In this document: in pieces, positions 1 to 9,355 of the stretch
How positions within the stretch are numbered: position 1 is the stretch's first letter
Layout: each line of letters begins with the position of its first letter
From: Dehalococcoidia bacterium
GTDB taxonomy: Bacteria > Chloroflexota > Dehalococcoidia > UBA6926
Length of the DNA stretch: 64,000 nt
Reading direction: 5' to 3'
NCBI GenBank assembly: GCA_009841045.1
Contig: VXMO01000002.1
Coordinates: forward strand, 41,248-105,247
Notes under the pieces: model-generated
Told to the model about the DNA's origin: nothing
Seen by the model: only the letters and a program-made list of their open reading frames with translations
Databases searched by the model: none
Made by a program: the position numbers and the translations under genes

Positions 1-25
1 ACATCGTTCTTGGTGAGGTGGATCG

Positions 26-1150
26 ATGAGTCTGCTTGATCTCATCACCATCGCCATCATTGTCTTTGTGCTGTTCAACGGCATCCTCACCGCCGTGCTC
101 GGCGTGATCTGGGCGGAACGTAAGGCGCTCGCGCGGTTGCAGCAGCGTGTGGGCCCGTCACGCACCGGCCCGTCGGGCATCCTGCAGACGGCAGCGGACG
201 CGATTAAGCTCATGCTTAAAGAGGACGTGCGTCCTGGCAGCGTCAACGTCGTTATCTTTTACCTCGCGCCGCTGCTCATCTTCACGCCGATCTTCATGCT
301 CTGGATGGTGCTGCCCTTCGGCCCCGACTGGGTGCTGAGCGACTTGGGCATTGGCCTCTTCTACATCGTTGCCATCCTCGGACTGTCCGTCGTTGGTCAC
401 GTTCTGGCCGGATGGGCGTCTAACAACAAGTACGCGCTGCTTGGTAGCGCGCGCAACGCCGCGCAGTTGATCAGCTATGAGCTGCCGCTTGTCTTTGCCG
501 TGCTGGCCGTCGGGCTGCTGGCACAGACAGCCACGGATCGCCCCTTCAGCCTCGCCGGCATCGTCGAGGCGCAGGGCAGTGTGCCGTATCTGGTGATCAT
601 GCCGCTGGGCTTCATTCTTTTCCTTGTAGGCGCGTTGGCGGAAACAGCACGCATCCCCTTTGATATTCCGCACGCAGAAGAGGAAATCGTCGGTGGGGCT
701 TTCGTTGAGTACTCAGGCATCCGTTGGGGAGTGTTCTTCCTGACCGAATACGCGGGACTGGCGACGATGGCGTTCCTGGCGACAATCCTCTTCCTGGGTG
801 GCTGGACGGGGCCGTTCTCTGATCAGGTCCCGATACTTCAACCCTTCTATCTGTTGGTCAAGATGGCTGCCATCATCCTCATCGTGTTCTGGATACGCGC
901 GCCGCTGCCACGGCTTCGCATCGACCAACTCATGGCGTTCGCGTGGAAACTGGCAATTCCGGCGTCGCTCGTAAACCTCCTGGTCGTGGCGACCATCGTG
1001 TGGGTACAGCATCAGAACGGTTGGGAGCTGTGGGTGACAAGTGTGACAATCAGTGTTGTGAGCATTGTGCTGGCCGTGGCAACCGGCATCTTCATACAGC
1101 GGCGCAGAGAACAGAGACTTCGGCAATTCAGGCAAAGGTGGGCGCAATAG
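26..1150 (+). CDS. nuoH: NADH-quinone oxidoreductase subunit H
   Basis: ERKALARLQQRVGP, GILQTAADAIKLMLKED, GWASNNKY, ETARIPFDIPHAEEE, PRLRIDQLM motifs; about 8 TM helices; operon position. Confidence 0.97.
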   Translation: MSLLDLITIAIIVFVLFNGILTAVLGVIWAERKALARLQQRVGPSRTGPSGILQTAADAIKLMLKEDVRPGSVNVVIFYLAPLLIFTPIFMLWMVLPFGPDWVLSDLGIGLFYIVAILGLSVVGHVLAGWASNNKYALLGSARNAAQLISYELPLVFAVLAVGLLAQTATDRPFSLAGIVEAQGSVPYLVIMPLGFILFLVGALAETARIPFDIPHAEEEIVGGAFVEYSGIRWGVFFLTEYAGLATMAFLATILFLGGWTGPFSDQVPILQPFYLLVKMAAIILIVFWIRAPLPRLRIDQLMAFAWKLAIPASLVNLLVVATIVWVQHQNGWELWVTSVTISVVSIVLAVATGIFIQRRREQRLRQFRQRWAQ

Positions 1151-1152
1151 TC

Positions 1153-2103
1153 ATGTTGGGAACACTCAAGAGTCTGCTTACAACCATGAAGCTGGCGCTC
1201 AAGCCGCCCGTCACGGCGGAATATCCGTCCGTCGCGCCCACACTCGCGCCCCGGTTCATGGCGCACCCCGTGCTGACGTGGGATAAAGACGTGCCGGAGC
1301 CGTACTGTACAGGCTGCCTGGTCTGCATGCGCATCTGCCCCACGGACTGTATCGACGTCGCCATGATGGATAACCCCAAGCACGCGGAAGGCGACAGCTC
1401 CCGCCGCAAGATTGTCGAGTATTTTGACCTGAACGTTGCCGACTGCATCATGTGTGGTCTTTGCGTCGAGTACTGCAACTTCGATGCAATTATCATGTCG
1501 GACAACTTTGACGCCAGCCAATATGCCCGCCCGAATCTCGTTTTCGATTTGGAGCAATTGCTTGAAGCAGGCAAAGAGCAGGAGGCCAAGGGACGATGGT
1601 CCCCGCCTGAGGCGAAGAAATCACAACGCCGTACCGCTGCGCAGAGTGGTGGAACCGCAGCGGCAGGAACGGCAGCATCGAGCGATGATCGCGTAGCCGC
1701 CGCGCGTGCGCGTGCTGCCGAACTCCGTGCGCAACGTGCAGCAGAGCGCGGCGAGTCCGTACCAGTTGAGTTGGAGACTACCACTGCGGAGCCGGCCGCC
1801 GGCGATGCCCCCGCCGTTGACCCTCGTGTAGCCGCCGCCCGTGCTAAGGCCGCGGAACTCCGTGCCCAACGTGCCGCAGAGCGAGGCGAAGCCCCACCGG
1901 CAGAAGCAAGCGCGCCTGCATCCGAAACCGACAGCGCCGAGGCGAAACCCATTGATCCGCGAGTGGCTGAAGCCCGGCGAAAGGCCGCAGAACTCCGCGC
2001 CCAGAGAGCAGCGGAACGTGCGGCGCAGGAAGCTGCCAATGCAGATTCCTCGAATAACGAATCCAACTCAGATGAATCCAAACCCGGGACGGACGCCGAA
2101 TGA
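1153..2103 (+). CDS. nuoI: NADH-quinone oxidoreductase subunit I (2x[4Fe-4S]) with long repetitive Ala/Arg/Glu-rich C-terminal extension
   Basis: ATG at 1153 just after the nuoH stop; CTGCLVCMRICP and CIMCGLCVEYC ferredoxin motifs; lies between nuoH and nuoJ. Confidence 0.95.
   Translation: MLGTLKSLLTTMKLALKPPVTAEYPSVAPTLAPRFMAHPVLTWDKDVPEPYCTGCLVCMRICPTDCIDVAMMDNPKHAEGDSSRRKIVEYFDLNVADCIMCGLCVEYCNFDAIIMSDNFDASQYARPNLVFDLEQLLEAGKEQEAKGRWSPPEAKKSQRRTAAQSGGTAAAGTAASSDDRVAAARARAAELRAQRAAERGESVPVELETTTAEPAAGDAPAVDPRVAAARAKAAELRAQRAAERGEAPPAEASAPASETDSAEAKPIDPRVAEARRKAAELRAQRAAERAAQEAANADSSNNESNSDESKPGTDAE
1693..2019 (+). repeat. Three coding repeats, consensus V-A-x-A-R-x-(K/R)-A-A-E-L-R-A-Q-R-A-A-E-R, 135-nt period, in the nuoI tail
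   Basis: Units start at 1693, 1828 and 1963, exactly 135 nt apart; GAACTCCG(T/C)GC core in each. Confidence 0.9.
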
Positions 2104-2600
2104 TCGAGACCGCGATACTGGGGGCAATTGGAATAATCACCGTCGCAGCAGCCGTCGGCGTCGTCGCAACGCGGAGCGTCGTTTATGCTGCGGTGTTTCT
2201 CTTGGTCTCGTTGGTAGGTGTGGCAGCTCTGTTCCTGATGATGCTGGCGGAGTTCATCGCCCTCGCGCAGGTGCTGATCTACGGCGGCGCAATCACCATC
2301 GTCCTTCTGTTCGCCATCATGCTGACCCGAGCGCCGGAACAGACCAATGTGCAGGACAACGCCCAGCGCCCGCTGGCCGCAATGGCCTGCGTCGGACTGT
2401 TCGCCCTGCTCGTGGCGGCTGCGTTAGCGACGCCATGGCGCACCCGCGATCCCGGTGCCGACCCAATGGCTGAGTTCACTGCCCTGAGCGAACTGCTCTT
2501 TAGCGATTTCCTGATTCCGTTTGAGATCGCATCGCTTGTGTTGTTGGTGGCGCTGATTGGCGCGGTTGTGCTGACGCGAAGCGGGAGAGAGGGTGCATGA
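2100..2600 (+). CDS. nuoJ: NADH-quinone oxidoreductase subunit J
   Basis: AEFIALAQVLIYGGAITIVLLFAIML and LIPFEIASLVLLVALIGAVVL; ATGA overlap with nuoI. Confidence 0.96.
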   Translation: MIETAILGAIGIITVAAAVGVVATRSVVYAAVFLLVSLVGVAALFLMMLAEFIALAQVLIYGGAITIVLLFAIMLTRAPEQTNVQDNAQRPLAAMACVGLFALLVAAALATPWRTRDPGADPMAEFTALSELLFSDFLIPFEIASLVLLVALIGAVVLTRSGREGA

Positions 2601-2905
2601 CTGTCCTTGAGTTCATGCTGATCCTCGGCGCGGCGCTGTTCTGCTTGGGGCTGTACGGCGTGTTGGCCCGGCGCAATGCCGTCCTTGTTCTGATGTCGAT
2701 CGAATTGATGCTGAACGCCGTCAACGTCCATCTCATTGCCTTTGCTCGCTATGTGATCGGAACAGAGGCCATCGCCCATGTGCTGATTATCTTTGTGATT
2801 ACCATCGCCGCGGCGGAAGTCGGACTTGCGCTCGCTATCGTTCTTCGCATGTTCAGGAACTGGGAGACGGTCAACCTGGACCGCATCTCCACCTTGCAGC
2901 AGTAG
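2597..2905 (+). CDS. nuoK: NADH-quinone oxidoreductase subunit K
   Basis: RRNAVLVLMSIELMLNA and IAAAEVGLALAI; 102 aa, 3 TM. Confidence 0.97.
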   Translation: MTVLEFMLILGAALFCLGLYGVLARRNAVLVLMSIELMLNAVNVHLIAFARYVIGTEAIAHVLIIFVITIAAAEVGLALAIVLRMFRNWETVNLDRISTLQQ

Positions 2906-2917
2906 GGGATTCAAAGA

Positions 2918-4852
2918 GTGACGGCCCTGCTGGACGCAATCCCCATCGGCGCTGAGCAGGCGTGGCTCGTTGCCGCGCTGCCGTTGGCCGCATTCGTGAT
3001 TCTTGCGATCGGGCGACTCCAGATTCTTCCGCAGGCCGCGTCTTGGGTCAGCGTCGCTGCCATCGGTATCGCGTTCATCGGATCGCTCGGTGTGCTGGGT
3101 GACTATCTTGCCGACGGTGAATACGTCGGGACAGTGGTATGGCTGTCTGTGGGAGGCTCTGAGTTCGGGCTGAGCTACATCGTCGATAGCCTGTCGGTGA
3201 TGATGATCATCCTCGTCACGTCCGTCTCGCTCGCCGTCCAGGTCTACTCGCTGGAGTACATGAAAGGCGATGAGCGTTTTGGGTGGTACTTTGCGGCACA
3301 TTCGCTTTTCGCCGCGTCCATGCTAGCCCTCGTCCTGACCGGCAGCCTGCTGCTGCTCTATATCTCGTGGGAACTCGTCGGGTTGTGCTCGTTCCTGTTG
3401 ATCGGCTTCTATTGGGAGCGACGCTCGGCGGCTGAGGCGGCAAAAAAGGCGTTCATCACAACCCGCTTCGGTGACGTCGGCCTGTTGATCGGTATCATCG
3501 TTGCCTATCTGAGCACCGGCACGTTCGATATCCGTGAGGTCATCGCGAGCCTGAGTGGTGGAGAGGCGGCACTGGTGGCATTCCTGCTGTTCCTGGGCGC
3601 AATGGGCAAGAGCGCGCAGTTCCCGTTCCACATCTGGCTGCCGGACGCCATGGAGGGTCCTACACCCGTCAGCGCGCTGATTCACGCCGCAACGATGGTG
3701 GCCGCAGGCGTGTTCCTCGTAGCCCGCATGTTTGACCTGTTCGTCGAGGCTCCGGGAGTGCTTTGGTTCGTGGCCGTGATCGGGCTGGTGACTGCTATTC
3801 TGGCCGGGCTCTTGGCGCTGGGAGAGATCGACTTTAAGCGCATCCTCGCGTACTCGACAGTGAGCCAACTCGGCCTCATGATGTTGGCGCTTGGCGCAGC
3901 AGGGTTGGCGCATGACCCCTCCCATCGCGACCCAAGCGGCGGCATGTTCCACCTGCTGACACACGGCTATTTCAAGGCGCTCCTCTTCCTGACGGCAGGA
4001 GTGGCACTTCACGCCATCCATGCCTCAGCTGCCTCGATTTACGAAGTGCGCGGGCTGCGTGTCGCCGCGCCGCTCACCGCGGCCGCGCTTGTCATTGGCA
4101 GCCTGTCTTTGGCCGGAATACCGTTTTTGAGCGGCTTCTTCTCCAAGGAGGGTATTCTCGCTCCGGCGTTGGAGATCGAGACGCTGCCGGGCTATCTGCT
4201 CTTCTTTGGAGCCGTCATCGCTTCATTCCTCAGCGCCCTATATATGACCAGACTCGCCTTGGTTGTCGCGCAGGGCGAACCGGCGCAAGTTGCCAGCGGC
4301 CATGATGGAGAAGGAGACCACGCGGCCGGACTCCAGGACCCACCACCGCTCATGTCTATTCCCCTTATGGTATTGGGAGTGCTGGCCGTTTTCCTCGGCA
4401 TCGTGCTCTCATTCGGCTGGGACTTCATTGAGTTCCTCACAGACGGCCACCGCGAGTTCCACTTCAACTCGTTATTAGCGCTGGCATCAACACTGACCGC
4501 CGTCGCAGGCATCGGCGTCGGGCTGAACTATTGGAACAACAGGGAACGTGTCGACGATACGGTGCTTGAGGCAGTTGCTGGGCCACTCAAACTTGTCCAG
4601 AACCGGTTCTACATCGACGCCGCGGCGCAGTGGATCATTGACCGTATCGTGCTGGTCTTTGCCGGTTTCATCCGTGAGGTTGACCGGCGGGTGGTCAATG
4701 ATGCGGGTGTGGACGGGCCCGCAGCGCGCACGGTGGATGCTGGGCACCTGCTCCGCGGGATTCAGACCGGCTACGTATTCAACTATGCTCTGATTTTCAC
4801 AATCGCGGCAGTAATCATCGTCGCGGTGGCCGCGTTGGCGGAGACGGTGTAA
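2918..4852 (+). CDS. nuoL: NADH-quinone oxidoreductase subunit L
   Basis: WELVGLCSFLLIGF, GKSAQFPFHIWLPDAMEGPTPVSALIHAATMV, KRILAYSTVSQLG, C-terminal lateral helix ending IQTGY. Confidence 0.97.
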   Translation: MTALLDAIPIGAEQAWLVAALPLAAFVILAIGRLQILPQAASWVSVAAIGIAFIGSLGVLGDYLADGEYVGTVVWLSVGGSEFGLSYIVDSLSVMMIILVTSVSLAVQVYSLEYMKGDERFGWYFAAHSLFAASMLALVLTGSLLLLYISWELVGLCSFLLIGFYWERRSAAEAAKKAFITTRFGDVGLLIGIIVAYLSTGTFDIREVIASLSGGEAALVAFLLFLGAMGKSAQFPFHIWLPDAMEGPTPVSALIHAATMVAAGVFLVARMFDLFVEAPGVLWFVAVIGLVTAILAGLLALGEIDFKRILAYSTVSQLGLMMLALGAAGLAHDPSHRDPSGGMFHLLTHGYFKALLFLTAGVALHAIHASAASIYEVRGLRVAAPLTAAALVIGSLSLAGIPFLSGFFSKEGILAPALEIETLPGYLLFFGAVIASFLSALYMTRLALVVAQGEPAQVASGHDGEGDHAAGLQDPPPLMSIPLMVLGVLAVFLGIVLSFGWDFIEFLTDGHREFHFNSLLALASTLTAVAGIGVGLNYWNNRERVDDTVLEAVAGPLKLVQNRFYIDAAAQWIIDRIVLVFAGFIREVDRRVVNDAGVDGPAARTVDAGHLLRGIQTGYVFNYALIFTIAAVIIVAVAALAETV

Positions 4853-4865
4853 GGGCTGTGACGAA

Positions 4866-6317
4866 ATGAACTGGGCACTGCTGCTACCGGGCTATCTCGT
4901 CACAGGGCTTGCTTTCGGGGCATTCACGCTCGACCTGATTGTGCCGCGCCTCTCCCGCACCGTCCTGGTGTACGGCGGCGCGGCGGTCATGGCCGCCATC
5001 GCCGTATTCATTATTCTCTCCAGTGACGGCGAATCGAGTCGATTCGCGGGCGGCATCCTTATCTTTGATACGTATTCCGTGTTCTTCTTTGCGGTGTTCG
5101 TTATTCTCGCGGCGGTGACGATTCTCGGTTCCTCGCAGTTCGTGTCGGCAATTGACAGCCCCGGCGAGTTTGTCGCCCTCTTGATGATGTCCGCCGTTGG
5201 CGCGATGGGCATGGCGGCGGCAGGCGAACTGATCACCGCCTACATATCATTAGAGTTGCTGAGTTTCTCCCTGTACATCCTCGCGTCCTACACCTGGAAA
5301 GAACGCAGGACGAACGAGGCAGGGATGAAGTACATACTGCTTGGCGCAATCGCCTCTGCGTTCCTCTTGCTGGGCATCACGTACATCTACGGCTTGACGG
5401 GTGACACCCGTTACGATCAAGTGGCAAGCGGCCTCAGCGCCCTCTCACCGAGCCCCGGCCTGATTATTGCGCTAGCCATGCTGACGGCAGGGCTGGGTTT
5501 CAAGGTCGCCGCCGTCCCGTTCCATATGTGGACGCCGGACGTATACGAAGGCGCGCCGATTCCCATCACGGCCTATCTTGCGGCGGCCTCCAAGGCGGCC
5601 GGTTTCGCCCTGTTGATCCGTCTGGTTGCCGTTGCGCTGGAACCGGTGGCGCTCTTCTGGGACTGGGTGTTCATCCTGCTGGCCGTGCTGAGTATGATGC
5701 TTGGCAACCTCGTCGCAATCCTGCAGTCGAATCTCAAACGGCTGATGGCGTATTCGAGCATCGGGCAGGTAGGATATCTCTTACTCGGAATTGCGGCGCT
5801 TGGCGCTGACGACCCCACGAAACCGATTGCGGGAATGTTGTTGCACAGCGTCAGTTACGCAGCCTCAACCATGGTTGCGTTCATGGTGCTGCTTGCTGTC
5901 TGGCAGCAGACGGGCAAGGAGGGTGTGCGGGACATGGCTGGGTTGGCACGCCGCAATCCTTTCCTCGCACTCGCGCTGACAGGGGCCTTATTCAGCCTCG
6001 CCGGATTCCCGTTCTTTGTGGGGTTCGTGTCCAAGTTCTACTTATTCACGGTGGTTGCCACAGCAGGCGCGCGATTCCTCGTGCCGGTCGGCATCGCCAT
6101 ATTCGCAAGCCTGATTTCCCTGTACTACTATCTGAACATCGTGAGACAGATGTACATCGAACAGCCCGAGGATGGCGCGGAGGCGATTCGTGTTTCGCGA
6201 ACCATGTGGCTGTTGATTCTTGGTCTGCTTTTGGCGATCGTGGCAGGCGGTCTGTATGTGAGGCCATTGGCGGAGGCGGCCGAGTCCGCTGCGGCGTCGA
6301 TACTCGCAGGCGCATAA
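4866..6317 (+). CDS. nuoN: NADH-quinone oxidoreductase subunit N
   Basis: EAGMKY, GFKVAAVPFHMWTPDVYEGAP and KRLMAYSSIGQVGY are NuoN-type, not NuoM-type, signatures. Confidence 0.93.
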   Translation: MNWALLLPGYLVTGLAFGAFTLDLIVPRLSRTVLVYGGAAVMAAIAVFIILSSDGESSRFAGGILIFDTYSVFFFAVFVILAAVTILGSSQFVSAIDSPGEFVALLMMSAVGAMGMAAAGELITAYISLELLSFSLYILASYTWKERRTNEAGMKYILLGAIASAFLLLGITYIYGLTGDTRYDQVASGLSALSPSPGLIIALAMLTAGLGFKVAAVPFHMWTPDVYEGAPIPITAYLAAASKAAGFALLIRLVAVALEPVALFWDWVFILLAVLSMMLGNLVAILQSNLKRLMAYSSIGQVGYLLLGIAALGADDPTKPIAGMLLHSVSYAASTMVAFMVLLAVWQQTGKEGVRDMAGLARRNPFLALALTGALFSLAGFPFFVGFVSKFYLFTVVATAGARFLVPVGIAIFASLISLYYYLNIVRQMYIEQPEDGAEAIRVSRTMWLLILGLLLAIVAGGLYVRPLAEAAESAAASILAGA

Positions 6318-6332
6318 AGACAGGGAGAGGAA

Positions 6333-6809
6333 ATGGCGCCATCGTATACGGCGGTACTGCTGCCCAATGAGGACGGGTCCTATAGCGCGTTGATTCCCGC
6401 AATGACGGGCGTAACGGGGCAGGGTCCCACACGCGCCGCGGCGCTCGAAAAGGTGACCGACAACGCAGGAATCGCCTTGGGAGGGATTCTTGCAGAGGGC
6501 GGAGATGCCCCACGTGAGGATTGGCCGCCCGTTCGCACCGTGTGGGTACGCAATCCGCGGCGCGGTGACACCTCTCCCTATATCGTCATGATCCAACGCA
6601 CGGACGAGGGAGAGTACCGCGCCACACCCGTCGCCTTTCCTGACGTCTCCACAGTGTCAGCCGATCTGGAAGATGCCGTATCCCAGGTGGGCCCGTTGCT
6701 CTTCCAGCGTCTCACGGAGATGTTCGCGCAAGGGCGACACTTTCCCACGCAGGACGACCCGCAGAACTACGTCATTCGAGTGACGGCCCGCGAGCCTGTA
6801 GCCGAATAG
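6333..6809 (+). CDS. Protein of two tandem HicB-like (UPF0150) domains
   Basis: YTAVLLPNEDGSYSALIPAMTGVTGQGPTRAAAL and a second copy YIVMIQRTDEGEYRATPVAFPDVSTVSADLEDAV; GGGAGAGG RBS. Confidence 0.7.
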   Translation: MAPSYTAVLLPNEDGSYSALIPAMTGVTGQGPTRAAALEKVTDNAGIALGGILAEGGDAPREDWPPVRTVWVRNPRRGDTSPYIVMIQRTDEGEYRATPVAFPDVSTVSADLEDAVSQVGPLLFQRLTEMFAQGRHFPTQDDPQNYVIRVTAREPVAE

Positions 6810-6825
6810 GTGTAAGTAAGCCCAG

Positions 6826-7773
6826 CTAGCCGAGCGCGGCCAGCTTCTCATTCAGTTCCGTAACCTCATCTGCCGTCAGGGTCCAATCCGCGGCCTTGGC
6901 GTTCGCCTCCACCTGCTCCGGCCGTGTTGCCCCAGCAATGACGCTGGCTACTTGCGGCTGGGCAAGGAGCCATGCGATGGCAAGTTCGACCGTAGTATGT
7001 CCGCGTTCTTCAGCAAACTTAGTGGCCACGTCAGCGATGGCAAACGTGCGCTCGTTCATGAAGCGGCCACGGAAATTTGCCGGCGTAGTGGACATCCGCG
7101 TACCCTCCGGCGGCTCCTGTCCCTGCGTGTATTTGCCGGTGAGAACGCCGCCCGCGAGAGGAAAATAGGGAATGATTCCGATGTTGTACTTGACAGAGAA
7201 GGGAATCAGTTCACGCTCCACGTCGCGGTTGATGAGGCTGTATTCCGGCTGCGTGCTGATGAAGCTATTGAGACCGAGTTGTCGACTCGTCCACGCGGCC
7301 TCCGCCTCCTGCCACACCGCAAAATTTGAGCTGCCGATATAGAGGATCTTTCCGGCACGGATCAGGTCATCGAGCGCGCGCAAAGTCTCTTCGATGGGCG
7401 TGTCGTTGTCCGGGAAGTGAATCTGGTAGAGATCGATGTAGTCTGTCTGAAGCCGTTTGAGGCTTGCCTCCACCTCGCTTGTGATGTGTTTGCGGGAGTT
7501 GCCGCTGCCGTGCGGCCGTTGCTGCATCTGGCCACCGCCCTTGGTGGCAATCACTGCCGCCTCACGGTTCCCCGCGAGCGCCCTTCCGATGTGTTCCTCG
7601 GATTCGCCCATGCTGTAGATATTGGCCGTGTCGATGAAATTGATCCCGTTATCGAGCGACGCCTTGATGACGACCTCACTCCGTTCATACTCCAGTCGCC
7701 TGCCGAAATTGTTCGTCCCAAGTCCGACTGTTGAAACCTGCAGGCCTGAATTGCCCAATCGACGATATTCCAT
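6826..7773 (-). CDS. Aldo/keto reductase
   Basis: MEYRRLGNSGLQVS..GLGTNNFG, IDTANIY, IATK, SLKRLQTDYIDLYQIH, PYFPLAGG; start reassigned to ATG 7773. Confidence 0.96.
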   Translation of the reverse strand: MEYRRLGNSGLQVSTVGLGTNNFGRRLEYERSEVVIKASLDNGINFIDTANIYSMGESEEHIGRALAGNREAAVIATKGGGQMQQRPHGSGNSRKHITSEVEASLKRLQTDYIDLYQIHFPDNDTPIEETLRALDDLIRAGKILYIGSSNFAVWQEAEAAWTSRQLGLNSFISTQPEYSLINRDVERELIPFSVKYNIGIIPYFPLAGGVLTGKYTQGQEPPEGTRMSTTPANFRGRFMNERTFAIADVATKFAEERGHTTVELAIAWLLAQPQVASVIAGATRPEQVEANAKAADWTLTADEVTELNEKLAALG

Positions 7774-7870
7774 GAATCCCGCTCCCCCCGAACGATAACC
7801 CTCGTGATATGCATCATTATAGAGTGGACGTATGTCCGCCAACGCACATTGAGCGAGGAAGCGCCGCGAC

Positions 7871-8653
7871 ATGCCCGATGCCCTGAACGAATCCGAGATA
7901 GCGCAACGTCTCTCTACGCGCATTATTGGCGCGGACTACAGGCATTTGGCAGTCACGCATTCCACGCAGGACGATGTGTCCACGGCGGGGCGGGCAGGTG
8001 CAGCTGAGGGCCTCACCATCACGGCGGATGAACAAACACGCGGTCGCGGGCGATTTCGCCGATCATGGATGTCGCCACCCGCCTCGTCCCTCCTCGTCTC
8101 GATCCTGCTAAGGCCCAGCCCGAACCTTCTCCCGTCGCTGTCGATGATCTGCGCCCTTGCCGTTCCGCGAGCTATCCGTCGCGTCTGTCCGCAGCTCGAT
8201 CCGGATATCAAGTGGCCCAACGACATCCTCATAGGCGGTCGCAAGGTCTGCGGCATCCTCGTTGAGGTCGTGCGCGGCGATTCCGAAGAAGATCAGTTCG
8301 CCGTTGCAGGGATCGGCGTGAACGTCAATTGGGACACGGCTTCGATCCCGGAGATTGCGGATGCGTCCACGAGCTTGAGCAGAGAGACGGGAAGTGAGGT
8401 TTCCCGCGTTGATCTGCTCTGCGCGCTGTTGGAGGAGATGAATGCGCTGTATGTGGACGCGCAAGAGGGCCGTGATATTTTCGGCCAATGGCGCTCAGCC
8501 CTCGTCAACCTTGGCAAACGAGTGAATGTGTCAGGTAGCGACGCGACGTTCGAGGGTTTGGCGCTTGATGTTGAGCCAAGCGGTGGGCTGGTCGTTCAAA
8601 CCGATGACGGCCAGCGCAGAGTCGTTCACGCGGGCGACGTGACGTTAAGCTGA
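7871..8653 (+). CDS. birA: Biotin--[acetyl-CoA carboxylase] ligase without HTH domain
   Basis: ADEQTRGRGRFRRSW, IKWPNDI, RKVCGILVE, GIGVNV. Confidence 0.95.
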   Translation: MPDALNESEIAQRLSTRIIGADYRHLAVTHSTQDDVSTAGRAGAAEGLTITADEQTRGRGRFRRSWMSPPASSLLVSILLRPSPNLLPSLSMICALAVPRAIRRVCPQLDPDIKWPNDILIGGRKVCGILVEVVRGDSEEDQFAVAGIGVNVNWDTASIPEIADASTSLSRETGSEVSRVDLLCALLEEMNALYVDAQEGRDIFGQWRSALVNLGKRVNVSGSDATFEGLALDVEPSGGLVVQTDDGQRRVVHAGDVTLS

Positions 8654-9255
8654 TGGAAACCACGGCGGCGTCTCCGGGCGCTGAACGGCGAGAGAATCGC
8701 CTTGTCGCGGCTTTCCAGCTTGGTGGAGCGCTTGTCGTCTCCATTGGAGTCCTCGTGCTGCTCGTTCGCTACGCGAGCTTCGTTGATGGACTTGGCGACT
8801 GGGGATACGTCGGTGTCTTCTTGCTGCAACTGATCAACAGCGCGACGGTCGTCTTGCTTCCCGTGCCTGGCCATGCGATTATTTTTGCCGTCTCTGGCAC
8901 TCTCAACCCCTTCCTTATTGGGCTCTTCGGCGCGGCCGGCGCGGCGTTGGGGGAGATAACGGCGTACATGGCCGGACGTGGCGGTTCGTCAATCATTGAT
9001 GAAAGCAGGTGGTACAAGAGACTTGAAAGAACCGGAGAGCGATGGCGCGGCTGGGCGATATTCGTCTTCGCGGCCTCACCTCTCCCGTTTGACGTTGCAG
9101 GCGTATGGGCCGGAGCGATCCGGTATCCGTTGAGGCGTTTCCTGCTCGTGGTGGCGGCGGGCAAGCTGATCCTTGTCACAGCAATCGCCATCGCCGGCTA
9201 CTATGGCGTAGACGTTATCGAGAATCTGCCGCTCGTCGGTGACGCTTTGTTCTGA
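8653..9255 (+). CDS. VTT/DedA (SNARE-associated) domain membrane protein
   Basis: LLPVPG, GAALGEITAYMAG, PLPFDVAG..AGAIRYPLRRF pattern. Confidence 0.8.
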   Translation: METTAASPGAERRENRLVAAFQLGGALVVSIGVLVLLVRYASFVDGLGDWGYVGVFLLQLINSATVVLLPVPGHAIIFAVSGTLNPFLIGLFGAAGAALGEITAYMAGRGGSSIIDESRWYKRLERTGERWRGWAIFVFAASPLPFDVAGVWAGAIRYPLRRFLLVVAAGKLILVTAIAIAGYYGVDVIENLPLVGDALF

Positions 9256-9355
9256 GTTTGCCCTACGTTAGAATCTACAAGTACGAACGCATGATGACTT
9301 GGTGTGCCGTGACCATCTAACGAACCCGGCACACGTGGATAGAGGCTAAACGAAC

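Noticed and set aside
943-1152. N-terminal extension of NuoI in the ORF track
   Set aside because: Overlaps nuoH by about 200 nt; NuoI-like sequence begins at ATG 1153.
2279-3301. Long antisense ORFs (also 1128-2081, 12969-13925, 39678-40706 and others)
   Set aside because: Shadow frames of well-supported genes in GC-rich DNA, with no recognisable motifs.
4866-6317. Possibility that this gene is nuoM
   Set aside because: It has the NuoN PFHMWTPDVYEGAP motif rather than the NuoM HTWLPDAHxEAP motif.
9256-9355. Possible his attenuator leader upstream of hisG
   Set aside because: The short ORF at 9291 (MMTWCAVTI) has no His codons, and no terminator/antiterminator pair is evident.
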